Below the pieces are notes generated by a model that did not search any database, was not told the origin of the DNA, and saw only the letters and a list, made by a program, of their open reading frames with translations. A program made the translations under genes and the position numbers. From Eledone cirrhosa (taxonomy: Eukaryota), in NCBI GenBank assembly GCA_964016885.1, contig OZ024741.1, forward strand, positions 204,724,001 to 204,788,000: a DNA stretch of 64,000 nt. Reading direction: 5' to 3'. Below are positions 12,301-28,000 of this stretch, piece by piece. Every line of letters begins with the position of its first letter. The stretch's first letter is position 1.

Positions 12301-15300
12301 ACCACATTATTCCAAGGAAGATAATTTTTTGCTTATATACTATATCTACTTGTCTGGTTGTGTATTTTGATAGATATACAATTTAAATGAAATAATAAAC
12401 ACCTGCAATTTTGTAATTTTTACATCTTAGCTTTGTGAGTCAAATGTTTCTTCTGTCACCTTTATTTCATAGATATTAGACTTTAATATTATGTATGGTC
12501 CCATAGCTCCTGATAGTCATAGGGGTGCCGTATTGACATAGGCGTTTCTTGGGCATTTTAAGCCTGGCGGAGCCCATCCCTCTCCAGGCCTGAGTACAGC
12601 AGATTTCTTCTAGAGAAAGATAGAAAGTGAAAGAGAGGAAATGAGAAAGAGATATAGAGGAAGAATCGACCCCAGTACTAGACTGGTACTTTTTTTATCA
12701 ACCTCGAAAGGATGAAAGGCAAAGTTGACCGCAGTAGTATTTGAACTCAGAGAGCTGGAACAAATACCACGAAGCATATCCGATGTTCTAACAACTCTGC
12801 CAATTCACTGCATATATTATACTATTTATCAAATCACTCAAACTTTAAATAGTTGTAGAATTCGTTAACCCTTCCGTTGTCATATTTCTAATAAAAGACA
12901 CTGCCTATTATTTTTAAATAATTTTGAAAGATTTAGTAACATAACTAAGTTTCTCATTATTAATCTTGTGTTTGAAACATAATGGAACAAATGTTCTTAC
13001 ATAAAATTATGATGGAAGGGTTTTAGATAAATATAAATACTTTAAAACAAATATATTTGTATCATAGAACGGAAGCACATGGCTTAGTGGTTAGAACATT
13101 GGCCTTGCAATCGAAAGGTTGTGAGTTCAATTCTCAGACCGGGTGATGTGTTGTTTCCTTGAGCAAGACACTTTATTTCACATTGCTCCAGTTTACTCAT
13201 CTGTAGAAATGAGATGATAGGGACTGGGGTCCCTATCATTCCACTGGAAAGTGGTCATGGAGGTGCCACGGAAAAAAAGCACCCAGCACTCACTGTAAAT
13301 GAGGTTGGTGTTAGGAAGGGCATCCAGCTGTAGAAATCAAGCCAGAATCAGTTTCCATCCCACCCTTGCAGGCAGGGAAAAGCGGACATAAATTGAAATG
13401 ACACTGGTGGTTTAATGTCAAAAGGGTTAATACATAGTAAAATGTATACCTGCTCTTTGATGTTGTTGGGTAACCTGGGAGAAGAGTATGTAGTCAGTGA
13501 GGTTTTTGATGTTGGGTGATGTGGGGTACTTCATTATCTTGTGCTGAGATCAAATCCAACTATGAGTAAAATCTTCAATAGACTGGTATTCTGTATGACA
13601 CTGTTTCTCAGCTGTCAGCAGGCTTAGTCAGAGGTATGTTTTCACTGATCAGCTATGGTGACATTGACTAACAGACTTTTGAAGGCCTGAGATGTGCTTT
13701 CACTGCTCAACTAAGAGGACACTGATTAACAGACTGGTGACTGCTGAGAGCCAGCGGTGGGTTTTCACTGCTCAACTAAGGCACTTACCATTTTCACTTA
13801 TATCTTTCTGCAGTTATATGTCTAAAATATTGTGGCTATATTCCTTTTGTTCATTATAATTGTTCATTTTCAGATACTTTAAGGTGCTAATTCAAGAGAT
13901 GTCTGCAAAAGTGGACCAGAACTTTTTGAATGCTATCCTTCAGCTATTCTCATCTGATGAAGTCATTTCAAACACCGAAGAGGTATTTATATATTTGTTT
14001 TGCATCTTTAGAAAATAATTGCAATTGTGCAATTAGTAGAGATTTCAACTAGTTGTCTTAGGGTTGAGGAAGGATGAAACTGACTGGCTGAGAGGAGTGA
14101 TTGAACTGAATTTGGAAGAAAGTAGAAGGTGAACACCAAGAAAGACTTGGCAAACCTTCAATAGCTGGATACCCTTCCCATCACCGACCACTTCACAAAG
14201 GGTCAGCGTCTAGGAATGGGGGGGCGGGGGGGGGGGGTAGTGGTGTTGAGAATAGCTGTCAGTGAGCACTAGTGGAAGGAAGGAGACATGGGGGCGTAGG
14301 TCAGGCTACATTGTATGTTGCAGGTTGCGTCTTCTTCAGGACCACATAGCACCAGCCTTCATGGTCTTTAGTCATTTCTGTTGTGAGGTTTAGTTTTTTA
14401 AGGTCAGTCATCACAACTTCATCCCATGTCTTCCTGGGTCTGACTCTTCCACGGGACCCTGCCACTAGGGTTTTTCTGTATTTCTTTATGCAGCTGTTAT
14501 CTTCCATGCACATCACATGGCCATACCAACATAGTTTTCTCTCTTGCACACTACATCCAATTCCTCTTATGCCAAGTTTTTCCTTCAGTTTGCTTATACT
14601 ATATCACTCATGCACACTAACATTACACTCCCTAAGATGGTAGTTCTAGCAACATGACAAAAAGTACCCAGTAAGGAAGTAGTACTGGTGCCACAGTGAA
14701 AAGCACCCAGTAAAGTGGTTTCTGTTAGGAAAGGCCTCCAGTTATAGAAACCAAACCAAAAGTGGAGCATACCAGCCAGACGTGGTCACCTGACTAGTTT
14801 AGCCTCAGTATGTGACAATCCATCTAACCCATACAAGCATGGAAAATAGAGATTAAACAGTAATGATGGTGATAATTAGTTAGGAAAGAAGGGATATGAC
14901 CAATGGCCTTTTCTGGCTCTCCTAGTTTGGTACGGCTGATCAGACTAAACATCTGCAAATCAATGTATGCAAGAAATTGATAGGCAACTGTGGTCTGGTC
15001 TGAATGTTTGAACTCTGTTAAAGTGAATAGTCAAGGGCCAGGCAAACCAACAAAGGACTCTCTGTGTGGTTACTTGACTTGCTAGAAATAGAAACCTAAT
15101 TTCCTTCAAGTCAACCCCCTACCATCTTAAACAAGGGAAGGATAGATTTGATAATGTAGTCTTAGATACAGTGCCTGAAATAAACAGGATGGTCATGGCT
15201 GGAATGTTTTTATCTTAGGTTTACTCAATGAAGGTTTATCTGGGAGTTAAGCACCAACAACAACCAAGAACTAGATTGTCTTGTTAAACTGGGTGACATA

Positions 15301-18300
15301 TTAGGCCTACTGCCTTTGTATGAATAAAAGTAACAAGGAAAATAATTTAGCAATAAATTCTTACTTCATTTATGTTTAACAACTCCACATCACGTCCACT
15401 TCAATAGAGGGCTTCTCCAATATTTTAAATACTTTCTTACATCTGTTTATGCTACCTTGGCTGAGAAAATGAAATAATTATTAGTTGTAATTTTTCCATT
15501 TTCTGTCTGACTAAAAACAAGCCTCTCTCTCTCTCTCTCTCTCTCATAGGTGTCTAGGATTACATTATACATACAATATGTCCTCTTGTTATGTTCCAAC
15601 TCAATAATGAGAAAGTTAATTATATTACTAAACCCCTTTCAAATTCTTTAATTAATTTCAAAATTAATTGCAAATCATAATGTCTTTCATTATAAATATT
15701 GTAATGAAAATGTTAACAAGAAAAAGAAAAGAAATGCAGCATATAAGCTCTCTTTTTGGTTACAACAAATATGTACTAGAAGAATATCATTATTATCTCT
15801 GCTTACTTTTGGTAATTTAGAATATACAACTGTATAGGAAATAGACCAGAAAATAAAGCCTATGCTATGTCAACTGTCTCTTTAAAAGCCTAATAGAATT
15901 GACCTGCCAAGCGATGCATCAAAACACATCTACACATTTGAACTTATGGTAGATGAGCTGGGTGAAAATCTGAATCAAAATAGGTGATATGTTGTTTACC
16001 TTGCTAAGGCTTTTAATTCTGTGCCACACAAAAGACTTATGGCAAAACTCTCTGCAATGGGTGTGAGGGATGATCTTTTTGACTGGTTGAAATCCTTCAT
16101 TCTCAGCCGAAAAGAGGTAGTCACGGTTCTAGGGCAGCATTCTTCACCATATGAGATGTCATCTGGTGTACCACAGGGATCTGTTCTTGGTCCCCTTTAG
16201 TTTGTGGCATATTTTAATGACATAGATGCCAACTTACAGAATGCCACGGTACTGAAATATGCAGATGACATCAAGCTGTACCTTGAAATCAAAAGGACTG
16301 ATCCTGAAATCTACAACTCTTTCCTACAATCAGACCTGGACACAATGCAGCAATGGATCACAGACTGGCAACTGAAGCTGGCTGTGGACAAGTGTACCAC
16401 CATGCATTTTGGGAGGAAAAATCCAGCGTCCACATACTCCCTCCACAACACTGATATCAAGAAGTCCTCTTGTGAACGTGACCTGGGCATTACTGTCAGC
16501 AGCGGTTTGTGTTGGACAAAGCATGTCTCTAAGATTGTCAAGAAGGCCGAGGGTGTCTTGGCATCACGCAGCAAGACCTTTGTTAGCCGCTCTCCAGCCA
16601 TCTATTTAAAACTGTATATATCTATGGTACGACCACACTTGGAATTCACATCATCAGTCTGGAACCCCTATCTTGCTCAGAACATTGACCTCCTGGAAAC
16701 TGTTCAGAGACGTGCAACCAAGTGCATACCCTCCATCAGACACATACCATACTCAGAACGCCTTGCTTCCCTGGGCATGGATTCATTGAAGCTCCGACGT
16801 CAGGCAATGGACTTGGTAAACACCCACAAAGTTATTAACCATCTCGCCAACAACAACCCTGAGCACCTTTTTGATCTCCATGTGTCTAACACACGTGGAC
16901 ATGCTACAAAATCAGAAAACAGCACAGCTCCCATGACTTTCGTAAACATTTTTTCACGCTCAGAGTTGCTGAAGCATGGAACAAACTGCCTGCGTCAGTT
17001 GTTAGCTGTCGAGATACTGCATCCTTTAAAACCCTCATGCTTCCCGAAATACGCCAAAACTACACCTGATGTACCCCTTCCATACACATGCACACATGTG
17101 TATATCATGACTCATGCACTGTTCATTTTCCTGATGTTTGTACATTACCCTATGTACTATACATACACTTTTTGATGAGCACTGTATACAATATTTCATT
17201 ATTATTATTATTATTATTATTATATGACTTGTCAAAATATTTTCATTGAATAATAAATGATATGCTGACCCGTCCAACCCTCTGTGTGTGAATGTGTGTT
17301 TGTAACTTCTTCAACATATATTTTATTCAATATCTAAAATATTTATTTTAGGATGGATAACCATTAGTAAACCATTAGATAAAAAGGCATTGTGATATTT
17401 ATTCTGGCTCTTTACATCCTGACTTCCAATCCTACCAATGTCAACTTTACCTTTCATCCTTCTGAGATTGATAAGTCAAATACTGGGGTTGATTTAATCA
17501 GCTTTGCCCTTCACCCAAATTTGCTTGTCTTGTGCCTAAATTAGAGATCATTTAACCCTTTAGCATTTAAACCAGCTGTAACTAACCAGAATTCGCTCAC
17601 CTCTTTCTATTCAAACTGGCTGTAACCAGCTGTTCATACTGATGTTAAAGTATTGTTCTCAAAATAAATAATATCAAAATCTCATAGATTCGATATTATG
17701 TGAGATAAAGCTTTTACCACAAAAATACAATACTATGTATAGAGTAATGTAAATGCTAAAGGGTTAAAATATTTTGTTTGTAGACCCGTCTGTTCCTTGA
17801 AGACTGTAATATAACTCAGACAGAGCTTCTTGATGTTGCCGGTGTGTCTCTTGTTGAAGAACAAAAGAACTTTTATGACTACTTACACTTCTCACCTATC
17901 AAGGTAAGCTTTTTATATATTTCTCTTGTCATTCAGCTTTGGAAGACCTTAATTTTTAAAACCATAGGGAATGGGTATTTGGGGTTTTACCAAAGTCTTA
18001 GTACCAGCAGCAGCAGTAATAGTGACTTAAGGAATAGAAGAACAATAACCACAACTATAGACAATGCTACTGCTGCCACCATCACAAAGATACAATATAT
18101 TTTGTTTTAATTATTTAAATTTTTACACACACACTTTATTGGGGAATTAATTCGAAAATTATTAATTGTATTCATTACAAGTGTTTTAACATTTTTTATA
18201 TAAACACACCCAAAACCGGTCCTGGTTCTATGAAACAAAAACATTTTAAATGGTTCCTGTTATATTAAAATCTTCTTACATAATTTTATATAAGAACCAT

Positions 18301-21300
18301 TTGTTAAGTTATTATTTTATTGATTAAGTTCATCAAAATATTTCATTAATTATTTGAAATAGAGAATATTTCATGGACATAGTAAGGTTATGGCTATTCT
18401 TCCTTTCTCCCCACTATAGCAAGGGTCAGCCATGTGGAGGTGGGTGAGCATGGCAAGCTAACCCTTTGGTATCCATATTTCTAATGAAATACATGGTATT
18501 TAAATTAATGAAGAATTGAAATATCTATTTCTCTGGATAATATGAGAGAACCCTCTCTAACATGCAGAACCTCAGATAAATACCACCTTATGGTCCCAGT
18601 AGGTAAAAGAGAGATAAAGTGTTACCCTGGAGGATAGTGAAAGTTCATTGAAATAACCATTCCAACTTGTAGGGCTCTCTCCTGTAGATGGCCAACTCCG
18701 TCTCGATAGTAAGTAGAGAAGTTGTTCAGAGACCAGGAACGCCAGAAGTGTCTACCACGATAGGTTCAACACCAACCCTATTGGAAAGTGGTTGATATTT
18801 CAGCAGCTTGTTGGGCAATGTAAGCTGGGTCTGGTGCCAAATGCACCAGATTGCTGCTGGAGAAAGTGTTGCTGCATGTCAGGTCACAGATGAGGAGCTT
18901 ACAACTGCGAAATGGGAAGATTTTGATGCCATCTGACTTTTACCGTCCTCTTAGTCTAACCCTACCAGCTCAAGCTGTAATGAGAAGCCAGCACCATCCA
19001 GGCCATGTTTCATGATCTCATTGTGAGTGACTATACAAGCATGAAAAAAAAATCAATGTATAAGAATAAATGAATATATTTATTTTTTTTACAGATTCAT
19101 TTGAGTTTTTCTCTGCAAGGTGGTGGAGAAGACGGTTCAGTAGAGATCAAATCCAACATTCTTAATATTTTCCTCCAGAGTGTTGGTGTTGTACTCACTG
19201 ATGTTCAGGATGTTGTTTTCAAGTAAGTTTATTCACTTATTGTTGCATTTCGGAAGGGTTATACTGTCAATCAAAACACATACACTGATTAAGTTAAATT
19301 TCAATTTTATTATAAGCTCTTTTGATACCAACCCAGCCAAAACAAGCTCTAATTCTATGAAACAAATATATGTATATATATATATATGTGCTAACCAAGC
19401 TCCCAGATAAACCCACAGCAAAGGTGAAGTGCAAATAAAGGCAGCGACAACAAACTCCCTTTTGTATCAATGAACAACTAAGGGAGGCTGTAGAAAGTAT
19501 AGCATCAATGGAAATGCACCAGCATGGCCTCAGCCTTTTGATTGGAACACATAAGAGAATATATTTGTGTATATAGGAAAGGAGTCAGGACCCCAACGAC
19601 TGAGCTCCAGCCGTTTCGACAGCTAGATCTGAACTGTGTATATATAAATTTTCATCTGGGAATATTTTTCTGCTCTAAATATTGATTGTTACAATAAAAA
19701 AGTTATTTGTTAATAAGAAATAAATTGCTTTTGTTAATCTCTGACAAATCACTGTCTAGATTTCTCCTATTTTTAGTGATGAAAGAAAATTAAAAGTTTT
19801 GAACTCAGAGCCATGATTTGATACAAATTAATTTTTCTTTTTTCTACAAATTACATTTTCCTTTTTTCAGACTTGGTTATTTTGAAAGAAACCACAGTTT
19901 TTATAACCAAAGTCAATTAATAGGCCAGATGAGTCAACATTATGCTGGACAAGTTAGTATTTTTTTTATAACTTATAATTTTATTTTATTTCATAATTTA
20001 TAAGCAAGTTTATAAATTTTTATCTGTAATTTTTCTGGTAAAATGTATTGCTGTTGTTTAGTTAAAAATAAGGATTTCTTTTAATATCCTAAGTAAACAT
20101 CATCAATGTGGCTCTTTTGAATACAAAAGGATTTCTTTGTGGCTTGCAAATTTCTAGTGCTAGAGTACATTTGATTCTGTTGACTGCGTATGACCAATAC
20201 TTATTTAATCAATCCCAGAAAATGACAAGATCAGTCTTGCTAGGATTTGAACACAGGATGTAAAAATACATGAAATACATAAACCATTTTAATCTGGTAC
20301 TCTACCATTTCTGCCATTCCACTGCCATATATCATCATCATCATCAAACATCCATTTTCCCTGCTAGCAAGAGTTGGATAGGTTGTAATAGATGAAGTCC
20401 ATACTTAATCAAAGACACTGACCTCTCAGATGGGCCAGGGCCCGGCATCTCACATATGCTCTCCATACTCTACAGAGTTAACCAAGTGCATTCAATCACA
20501 GCACTTGCACTAGGGGTATGGTCATGTCTATGACACAAGTGAAACGTCTCCTCTACCATTTGTTTGACAAGTTTTCTACTGCTGGATGAATAGAGGGATT
20601 ATTAACAATAATAAATCAATAATGACTGAAGAAATAGTTGAAATAGCCAAATTATTTGGTATAAGTCTAAATCCTAATGCTGATTTGACTCTATATCATC
20701 CTTTTTTGTGGCTCTTCATTTTGCTTGCCTCAGTATATCTCAATGAAAACGTGTGGTTTAGTGGTTAGGTTGTTGAACTCCCAATTGTTAGATCATGGGT
20801 TCAGTTCCCAGATTGGGTAGCATATTGTATCCTTGAGCTAGGCACTGCATTTCACATTGCTCATTCGCTCAGTTAGAGGTTAACCTTGTGATGGACTCAT
20901 ATCTTATCAAAAAGAAAGACTTTCAGTCACTTAACAGCACACAAAACTGAGAAAGATTTCAGTTTTTAACTTTAAGAATATATCTAAAGTTGATATCAGC
21001 CATCCTTTGTAACTGTTATTAAGAAGTAGTCAGTCATCATTAGTTATTCAAAATAAGAAAAACAACATGCTAATATGTGTACTTACTTCATGGCTATCTT
21101 TCTAATTTTCTTAAACTTTATGGTTCAAATGTCATGTTATACTAGCTGCTATATAAAGTTTGGAAATAAAATTTTAAAACATTGAAGACCTTTAAAAGGA
21201 GTTTGATTTTAAGAAAAATATTTTATTTTATTTTATTTTATTTTATTTTACTTTACTTTACTTTTTTTCAGGCCATTAAGCAAATGTATGTGTTGGTATT

Positions 21301-24300
21301 GGGCTTGGATGTCTTAGGCAACCCATTTGGACTGCTACGCGGCCTAGGAGAAGGTTTAGAAGATCTCTTCTATGAACCATACCAGGTTATATTGGTTTTT
21401 CTTTGTGTCTATTATATATTAGCCACCTGATTAGACTTTTAACTATCTACAGACATACAATCTCAGACATACCGTATTTCCTGGTGCCAAAGACACTTTG
21501 TCCTCGAGGACGCACTCTAATTTTGACAACCAAAAATTTGAAAAGAAATAATAAACAACCTTCAGCCTCCCAGATATATGGTAGATTTTTTAGACTTATT
21601 TTAGGGGAAAAGTAGTGGGAAATACGGTAATTGTTATTATATTGTTGTTGTTATGATGGTTAACCTGTTAAATCCAAAATACAATTCCCAATTAGGATTT
21701 TCTTTTCTTCAAATGTTATTTTCAATTCATATTTGGGAAAATTTTATTTTCATTTATTCAAAAATATCATTTATTTAACCTTCTTGATAGCAAACTGCCT
21801 GAAACCACCTTGGTTCCACAATCTTAGGCAGTTTATTTTAAAGTGTTTATATTTATCTAAAATCCATCCATCAGAATTTTATGTAAGAACCTTTCTGAAG
21901 TTATGCATCAAACACCAGATTAATAATGAAAAAGTTATATTATTAAATCCTTCCAAGTTTTTCATTATTTTCAAAATTATCTGAAATACATTGGTAGTAT
22001 ATTTCATTTGAAATATGGTGTGATAGAGTTAAACATTTTCATTTGAACAGCTGGAGGTATGTAGAATAAGAAAAAAGGTATCATTATCATCATAGATCTT
22101 TCCTGCAATCAGACTTTGACACAATACAGCATGGATTATGGACTGGTAACCAATGGATTATGGACTGGTAACTCAAGTTGGCTGTGGACAAGTGTACCAC
22201 CATGCATTTTGAGAGGATAGACTCAACGTTCACATACTCCCTCCACTACACCAATCTCAAGAAGTCTTCTTGCGAACGTGACCTGGGCATTACTGTCAGC
22301 AGCGATTTGCATTGAACAAAGCACATCTCTAAAATTGTCAAGAAGGCCAACAGTGTCTTAGCATCACTCAGTAAGACCTTTGTCAGCCACTCACCAGCTA
22401 TCTATTTAAAGCTGTATATAGCTATGGTGCGATCACACTTAGAATTTGCATCACCAGTCTGGAACCCCTATATTGCTCAGAATATTGATCTCCTAGAAAC
22501 TGCATCAGTTGTTAGCTGTCGAGACAATGCATCCTTCAAAACTTCCATGCTTCCCAAAATTCGCCACACTACACCTGATATTCTCCTTCCATACACTGTT
22601 CACTTTCCTGACATTTGTACATTATTCTATGTACTATATATGCACCTTTGATGAATTGTAGTGCACCTGAGTACTGTACACAATAATTTTCATTATTATT
22701 ATAACCTACACCTATTTATTTCATCTGGGTTATACATATTCCTTATCATGTTTGTGTTTAGTGCTTGATCTTGAGCAACAATTAATAAACTTTTATTATT
22801 ATTGGTTTTCAGGGTGCCATTCAAGGACCCGAGGAATTTGCTGAAGGACTTGCTCTTGGAGTCCGCAGTTTATTCGGTCATGCTGTTGGTAAGATATCAA
22901 CATTTATTGCCCTCCAAATTATTTTTAAAGTACCAGAAATGCTACTAGAAAAAGGCTTACAAGATTTACAAGAACTTGTGTAGAGTAACAATCAATGAGA
23001 AATATTTTCTTCATTTATCATAGCAGTGAAACACAAATCCAGCTCCTATAACACACTTCTAATGTAAAACACTCGTGTAACTACATTAACTTAAAAATAT
23101 AGAAATATAAAACAATGGACAATCTGAAATTTTATAATACTTTTAATACCAAAATGCCTGAAACTATTAGGTTTAAAGTATTTATATTTATATAAATATG
23201 AGTTGTAGTGCACCTGAGCACTGTACACAATAATTTCATTATTATTATTATATAAAAATCTTCCATCGTAATTTTATTTAAGAATTTTTATTAAATTATG
23301 TCCCAATCACCAGCTTAATAATGAGAAAGTTAAATCCCTCCAAATTCTTGATTATTTTCAAAATGATTTTAAAATCATAGGCATTAGAAATATGGTGACC
23401 AAAGAATTAAAAGTATCTCATGAATGATTCACTGCTCGTCTAGCCTAAAGATAATTAGTTGATATTAAGTTTAATTTTAATGGGATCCGTATTTTGATTT
23501 AAAATATGATGCATGTGATTATATCACCACTTTTTATTGACTAGAAGTTATTTCGTGACAAGTCCAGTCAACAGCCTGATACTTGATTGTAACATATTTC
23601 ACTGAGACCCTTAGGAAATATCACACAATTTCTTCTTCTTCGCCCACTTGTTCCTGAAATGGTCATGGAGGCAGAGTGCTCAAATACTCCTTCCAGCAGG
23701 TCCTCTCTGAAGCAACTATCTCCAATTGATCTGGTCGGATCCTCAAGCGAGACCAGCTGAGCTCCTGGATGGTATCCAGCCATCTTGCTCTGGGTCTCTT
23801 GCCGGTTGATTTTGCCTGTAAAATCTGTCCAGTGATTCTTTCCTGAAACATTCTAACCACATGCCTATAGTATCAGAGCTGTGATCTCTCAATTCGGAGA
23901 AGTAGCAGGGAGTGACTCTTTGATCTCCAAGTTACGTACTCTATTGAATAACATTACTTCAAAGACCCTTTGGAGGAATCCCATTTCAGCCGCTTGTATT
24001 CACGATTATATTCTTTCAGTCATTGCCCAAGATTCATGATAATAGGTATGGGTTGGCATGAATATGGAATTGAAGATAGCAAGTTTGGTTTTTACACCTA
24101 CCTCCCTTTTGGGGATTACTGAATGCTGAAGCTGGCACATTACTGCACCAGCTCTTGCAATTCTTGCATTCAATTTAGCCTCCTGCCTGCCATGACTCAT
24201 GAATATAGCTCCAAGATACTTGAATTTCTCCACCTGCTTCAGTGGAACTCCATTCACATGTAGAGTGCACTGTGCAGGCTTTCTTGAGACGAGTGTTTCA

Positions 24301-24994
24301 GTCATTGCAGCACGGATTTTCATTCCCACCATGCAACACTTGGCATCAAACCTATAATTTTATCACCACCTGCCATTTTCCTCTGCAAAATCAGGAGGAA
24401 TGTCTCTTGCCTGAGGAAGGAGCTCTATGATGTGGAATGACTAATATAGCAGCTATTGCTGGCTGTTCTCTATAGCAATGCTTTTCCCATCTTGTCTGTG
24501 GGGTGCAGCTGAGATACACTACCTAGCCAGGGGTGTAGGGTCTGCACTCTCCTTTCCTTGTTCCCTTTTTCATTTATTTATTACCAGTGAGGATGAAGAA
24601 ATTATTCAAAAATCGTTATGTAAATGAAATAATGTCAAAGTTTTCAAATGTTATTCTTTAGTCAAAGACCAAACAGTCTTTTTTGCCACTGTGCTTCTTA
24701 GTCAATTTTATTGATGAATGCAAATAACCTATCTAATCTGTAGGTGGTGCTGCGGGTGCCGTGTCAAGAATTACTGGAGCTATGGGAAAAGGTATTGCTG
24801 CCCTCACCTTAGATGATGACTACCAGAAGAAAAGAAGAGAAGCTATGAATAAACGCCCTGCCAATGTCCGAGAAGGTTTTGCCCGTGGAGGGAAAGGACT
24901 TGTTATGGTAAGCCATCTACAATTTTTTTTAAATGTTTCCAATTTGTAAGAAGAAAATAAGAATATATTATAATACTGTTTTCTTTTATAGTTA

Positions 24995-25059
<65 letters not shown>

Positions 25060-28000
25060 AATTTCTCTATCTTAATCATAGCCAATTAGCTGAAACTAAT
25101 ACAATAATTTTCAATGACCAAGATGATTCAAAGTAATTTCGATTGTGTAATACAAACAAGATGTTTTTTATGTAAATTTAATGGAAATTTGAGTACAGGT
25201 TTATGTGAAACTAGAAATGATGACTGTTAGTTTACTGCTGGAACACATTACATGTGGTCCTTTCAATTAAAAATCAGCATATAATCTTTTTTTTTTCATC
25301 CAGTTATTTTTGTTGCAAAATAACACAGTCATAACGGTCTAATAGTAACTCTAAATTTGTTTTGAGATAATTCATTTAATATAAAACTGTTACTTGGTAA
25401 CTTTACATATTCTCATGAACTCTATTTTATGACCAAGTCGGAATAGATCCTGATTATTAAGTGATGAGTTCGTTTAAGTGAAGAATTCATCCTTTTGTCA
25501 CTGCCATCATTATCATCAACACTTACCTGCACTCCCACCCTCATCATCATACTCCTCCGTTTTAACATTCTGCTTGTCTGTTGATAATTTGATGATGCCA
25601 AACCTATAAATATATATATTTATATCATCACCATTATCCCGTAAAAGAGGGAAAGCAGCGATTCTTTGCTTAAACTTTAATCTGTATTATTAATAGATAT
25701 TTTCTCTATGGGGGTTATATATATATTTGATTTTTTTTTTTTTTTTTTCGCCTTAGCGTTTTCACCCTCCCCCTTCTTTCGTTTTAACTCATTCATCTCA
25801 TGAGCGGACTGACACATGGACTGACACATGGACGGACACGATTCGACTTTTATTTATTTATATATATAATCTTTATCGAGCCCTCTTCGGTTTATGGTCT
25901 TCATAGTTATTATTACTATATATATACACACATATACATACACACATATACATAATATATATTTGTTGGTACAATTTCTAGGGTGTAGTCGATGGTGTTA
26001 CTGGTATTGTACGAAAACCTATTGAAGGAGCCCAAAAGGAAGGTGTTGAAGGTTTCTTCAAAGGTAAGTGTAGATATAATTATTTTAGTTTATTAACTAT
26101 TAATCTTCTCAACATTCTAAATCTCTACCTCTCCTACTGTATACACTTGCTATGTCACTTCTTTTCAGCCTTTAGAACCCCTTTTCCACTATGTCTGACT
26201 GGTCCTGCACTAAACACTCACCCAAATCCTTCTCTCTTTCCTTGGATTATATCCCTTTGGAGGAAAGAAATCTTGCCAGCCAACCTATGTTTTGTCTCCA
26301 ACCACCAATTCTTGAGTTGTTCAGTATCAATTATATCAACTTTACCATCTCAACTCTGTAACCCAATTTTGGGGTATCTTAAAGAGTTACAAGTATGGTC
26401 TGTTCTTAAGACTAATTATCATTGTTGTGTCTCTTTTCCATACTTGGATGGGTTAGACGGGTTGTCATGTTCTGAGGCTTGCTTGGTAAGGTGAGCATGT
26501 CTTGCTTATATGTTAAGAGGAAAGGAAGGGTGAACACCAATGAATTATTACACAGACAAAATGTTTGGTGGCTCTGTTCAGTCAGTGTTATGTTACTCTA
26601 TCAATTAAATCTTTTTGGTCCATACCAATTCTAAGTCGACCATTCACCGCCTGCCGAACACCTGCCACGTGGCATGACATCCTCACCACCAGGAAGCGAA
26701 CAGAGAAAAATACCATCGCACCAACCCTGGATATTTGTGTTAAGAGAAGCGCTTAGCTGTCAATTGATCACCATCTAGTTATCTGCAACTTGAGATTACC
26801 TAAAGCCGAAGAAGCTCAGAAAACTGGCATGTCCACGTTGACCTACTGAATAAAATGGGAAGCGTTGGTGGATAAGGAAGTCAGGATCGAGTATGCAGAT
26901 ACTATAGCATCCAAATTAAGAGAACTCCCTGAGTAAACTGAGGATATTTAAACGGAGGGAGATTGTTCAGCTCAGCAATTTCTGCTTCAGCTGTTAAATG
27001 CTACAGGCGAAAGAGGCTTGGTGTGGCACCAGTTGACAGGAGGACCCCTTGGTTCAATCAAGAGGTCAAAGATGCCATCCGAGCAAAGAAGGAGGCCTAC
27101 AAAATTTGGCTTGGAAATAAGTCTTCACTCTTGTACTTGAGATACAAGCAGGCATGAAGAATCACATCAGAGATAGTAAAGGCATCCAAAGTTAAAACAT
27201 TGGAGGACTTTGGAGTTTAACTAGAATCCGACTTCAGATCAGATCAGCAAATCTTTTAACACATTAGTAATGAATATTTTCATTACTATATTTCTAATAG
27301 AAGATTGCCTATAATTTTCAAATAATTTTGAAAAATATTCAAGAATTTGAATGGATTTAGTCAAATATAATGGAGCTTTTTTTTTTTATATATAAATAGA
27401 AACACTTAGAAACAAAACATTTGTATTGTAGAACCAGGGTCACTCTGTGGCAGTTTCATATCAAAAGGATTAATTTATTTTATTTTCTTGTTTTTTAAAC
27501 TTAGGTATTGGTAAAGGTTTAGTTGGTGTTGTAACACGACCGACAAGTGGCGTGATCGACTTTGCTAGTAGCTCCCTTGACAGTATACGCAGGTTTGTAT
27601 TAATAATTCTGTTAGGAAACTTTTTTTTATGTTTTTTATGAGTCTCATCTTGCTTGTTAGATTGGATGTTTTGTTTGAAATTTGATGAAAATATGTAGAT
27701 AGTGTATTAAAAGAATATAACTTTTTATTGCTTTTGTTGTAAAGGGAAAAGCATAGCTCACCTACCTGGTGGGTCCTCCCCTGTCACTGATCTTACTCAG
27801 ATATGATATATCCAGGAGCCTACTTGCCTAATCTCTGGCCAGAATCTATCAACATATACCTCAAGCTCACACAGCAATTACCTCCGTTCAACATACAGTT
27901 TGAAAAGGAAGAGGCCCACCATATTAGTCGTATATCTGCTTACATGACATCACTAACCCTTATACTTCCAGTAAGACCCTCCAACTCCATGACATCACTA

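Noticed and set aside
16204-17175. 323-aa ORF as a host gene
   Set aside because: It is a 5'-truncated CR1 reverse transcriptase fragment with upstream stops and a frameshifted end.
19590-19640. cgaaac motif on minus resembling a ribozyme half
   Set aside because: No CUGANGA upstream and no cleavage triplet in register.
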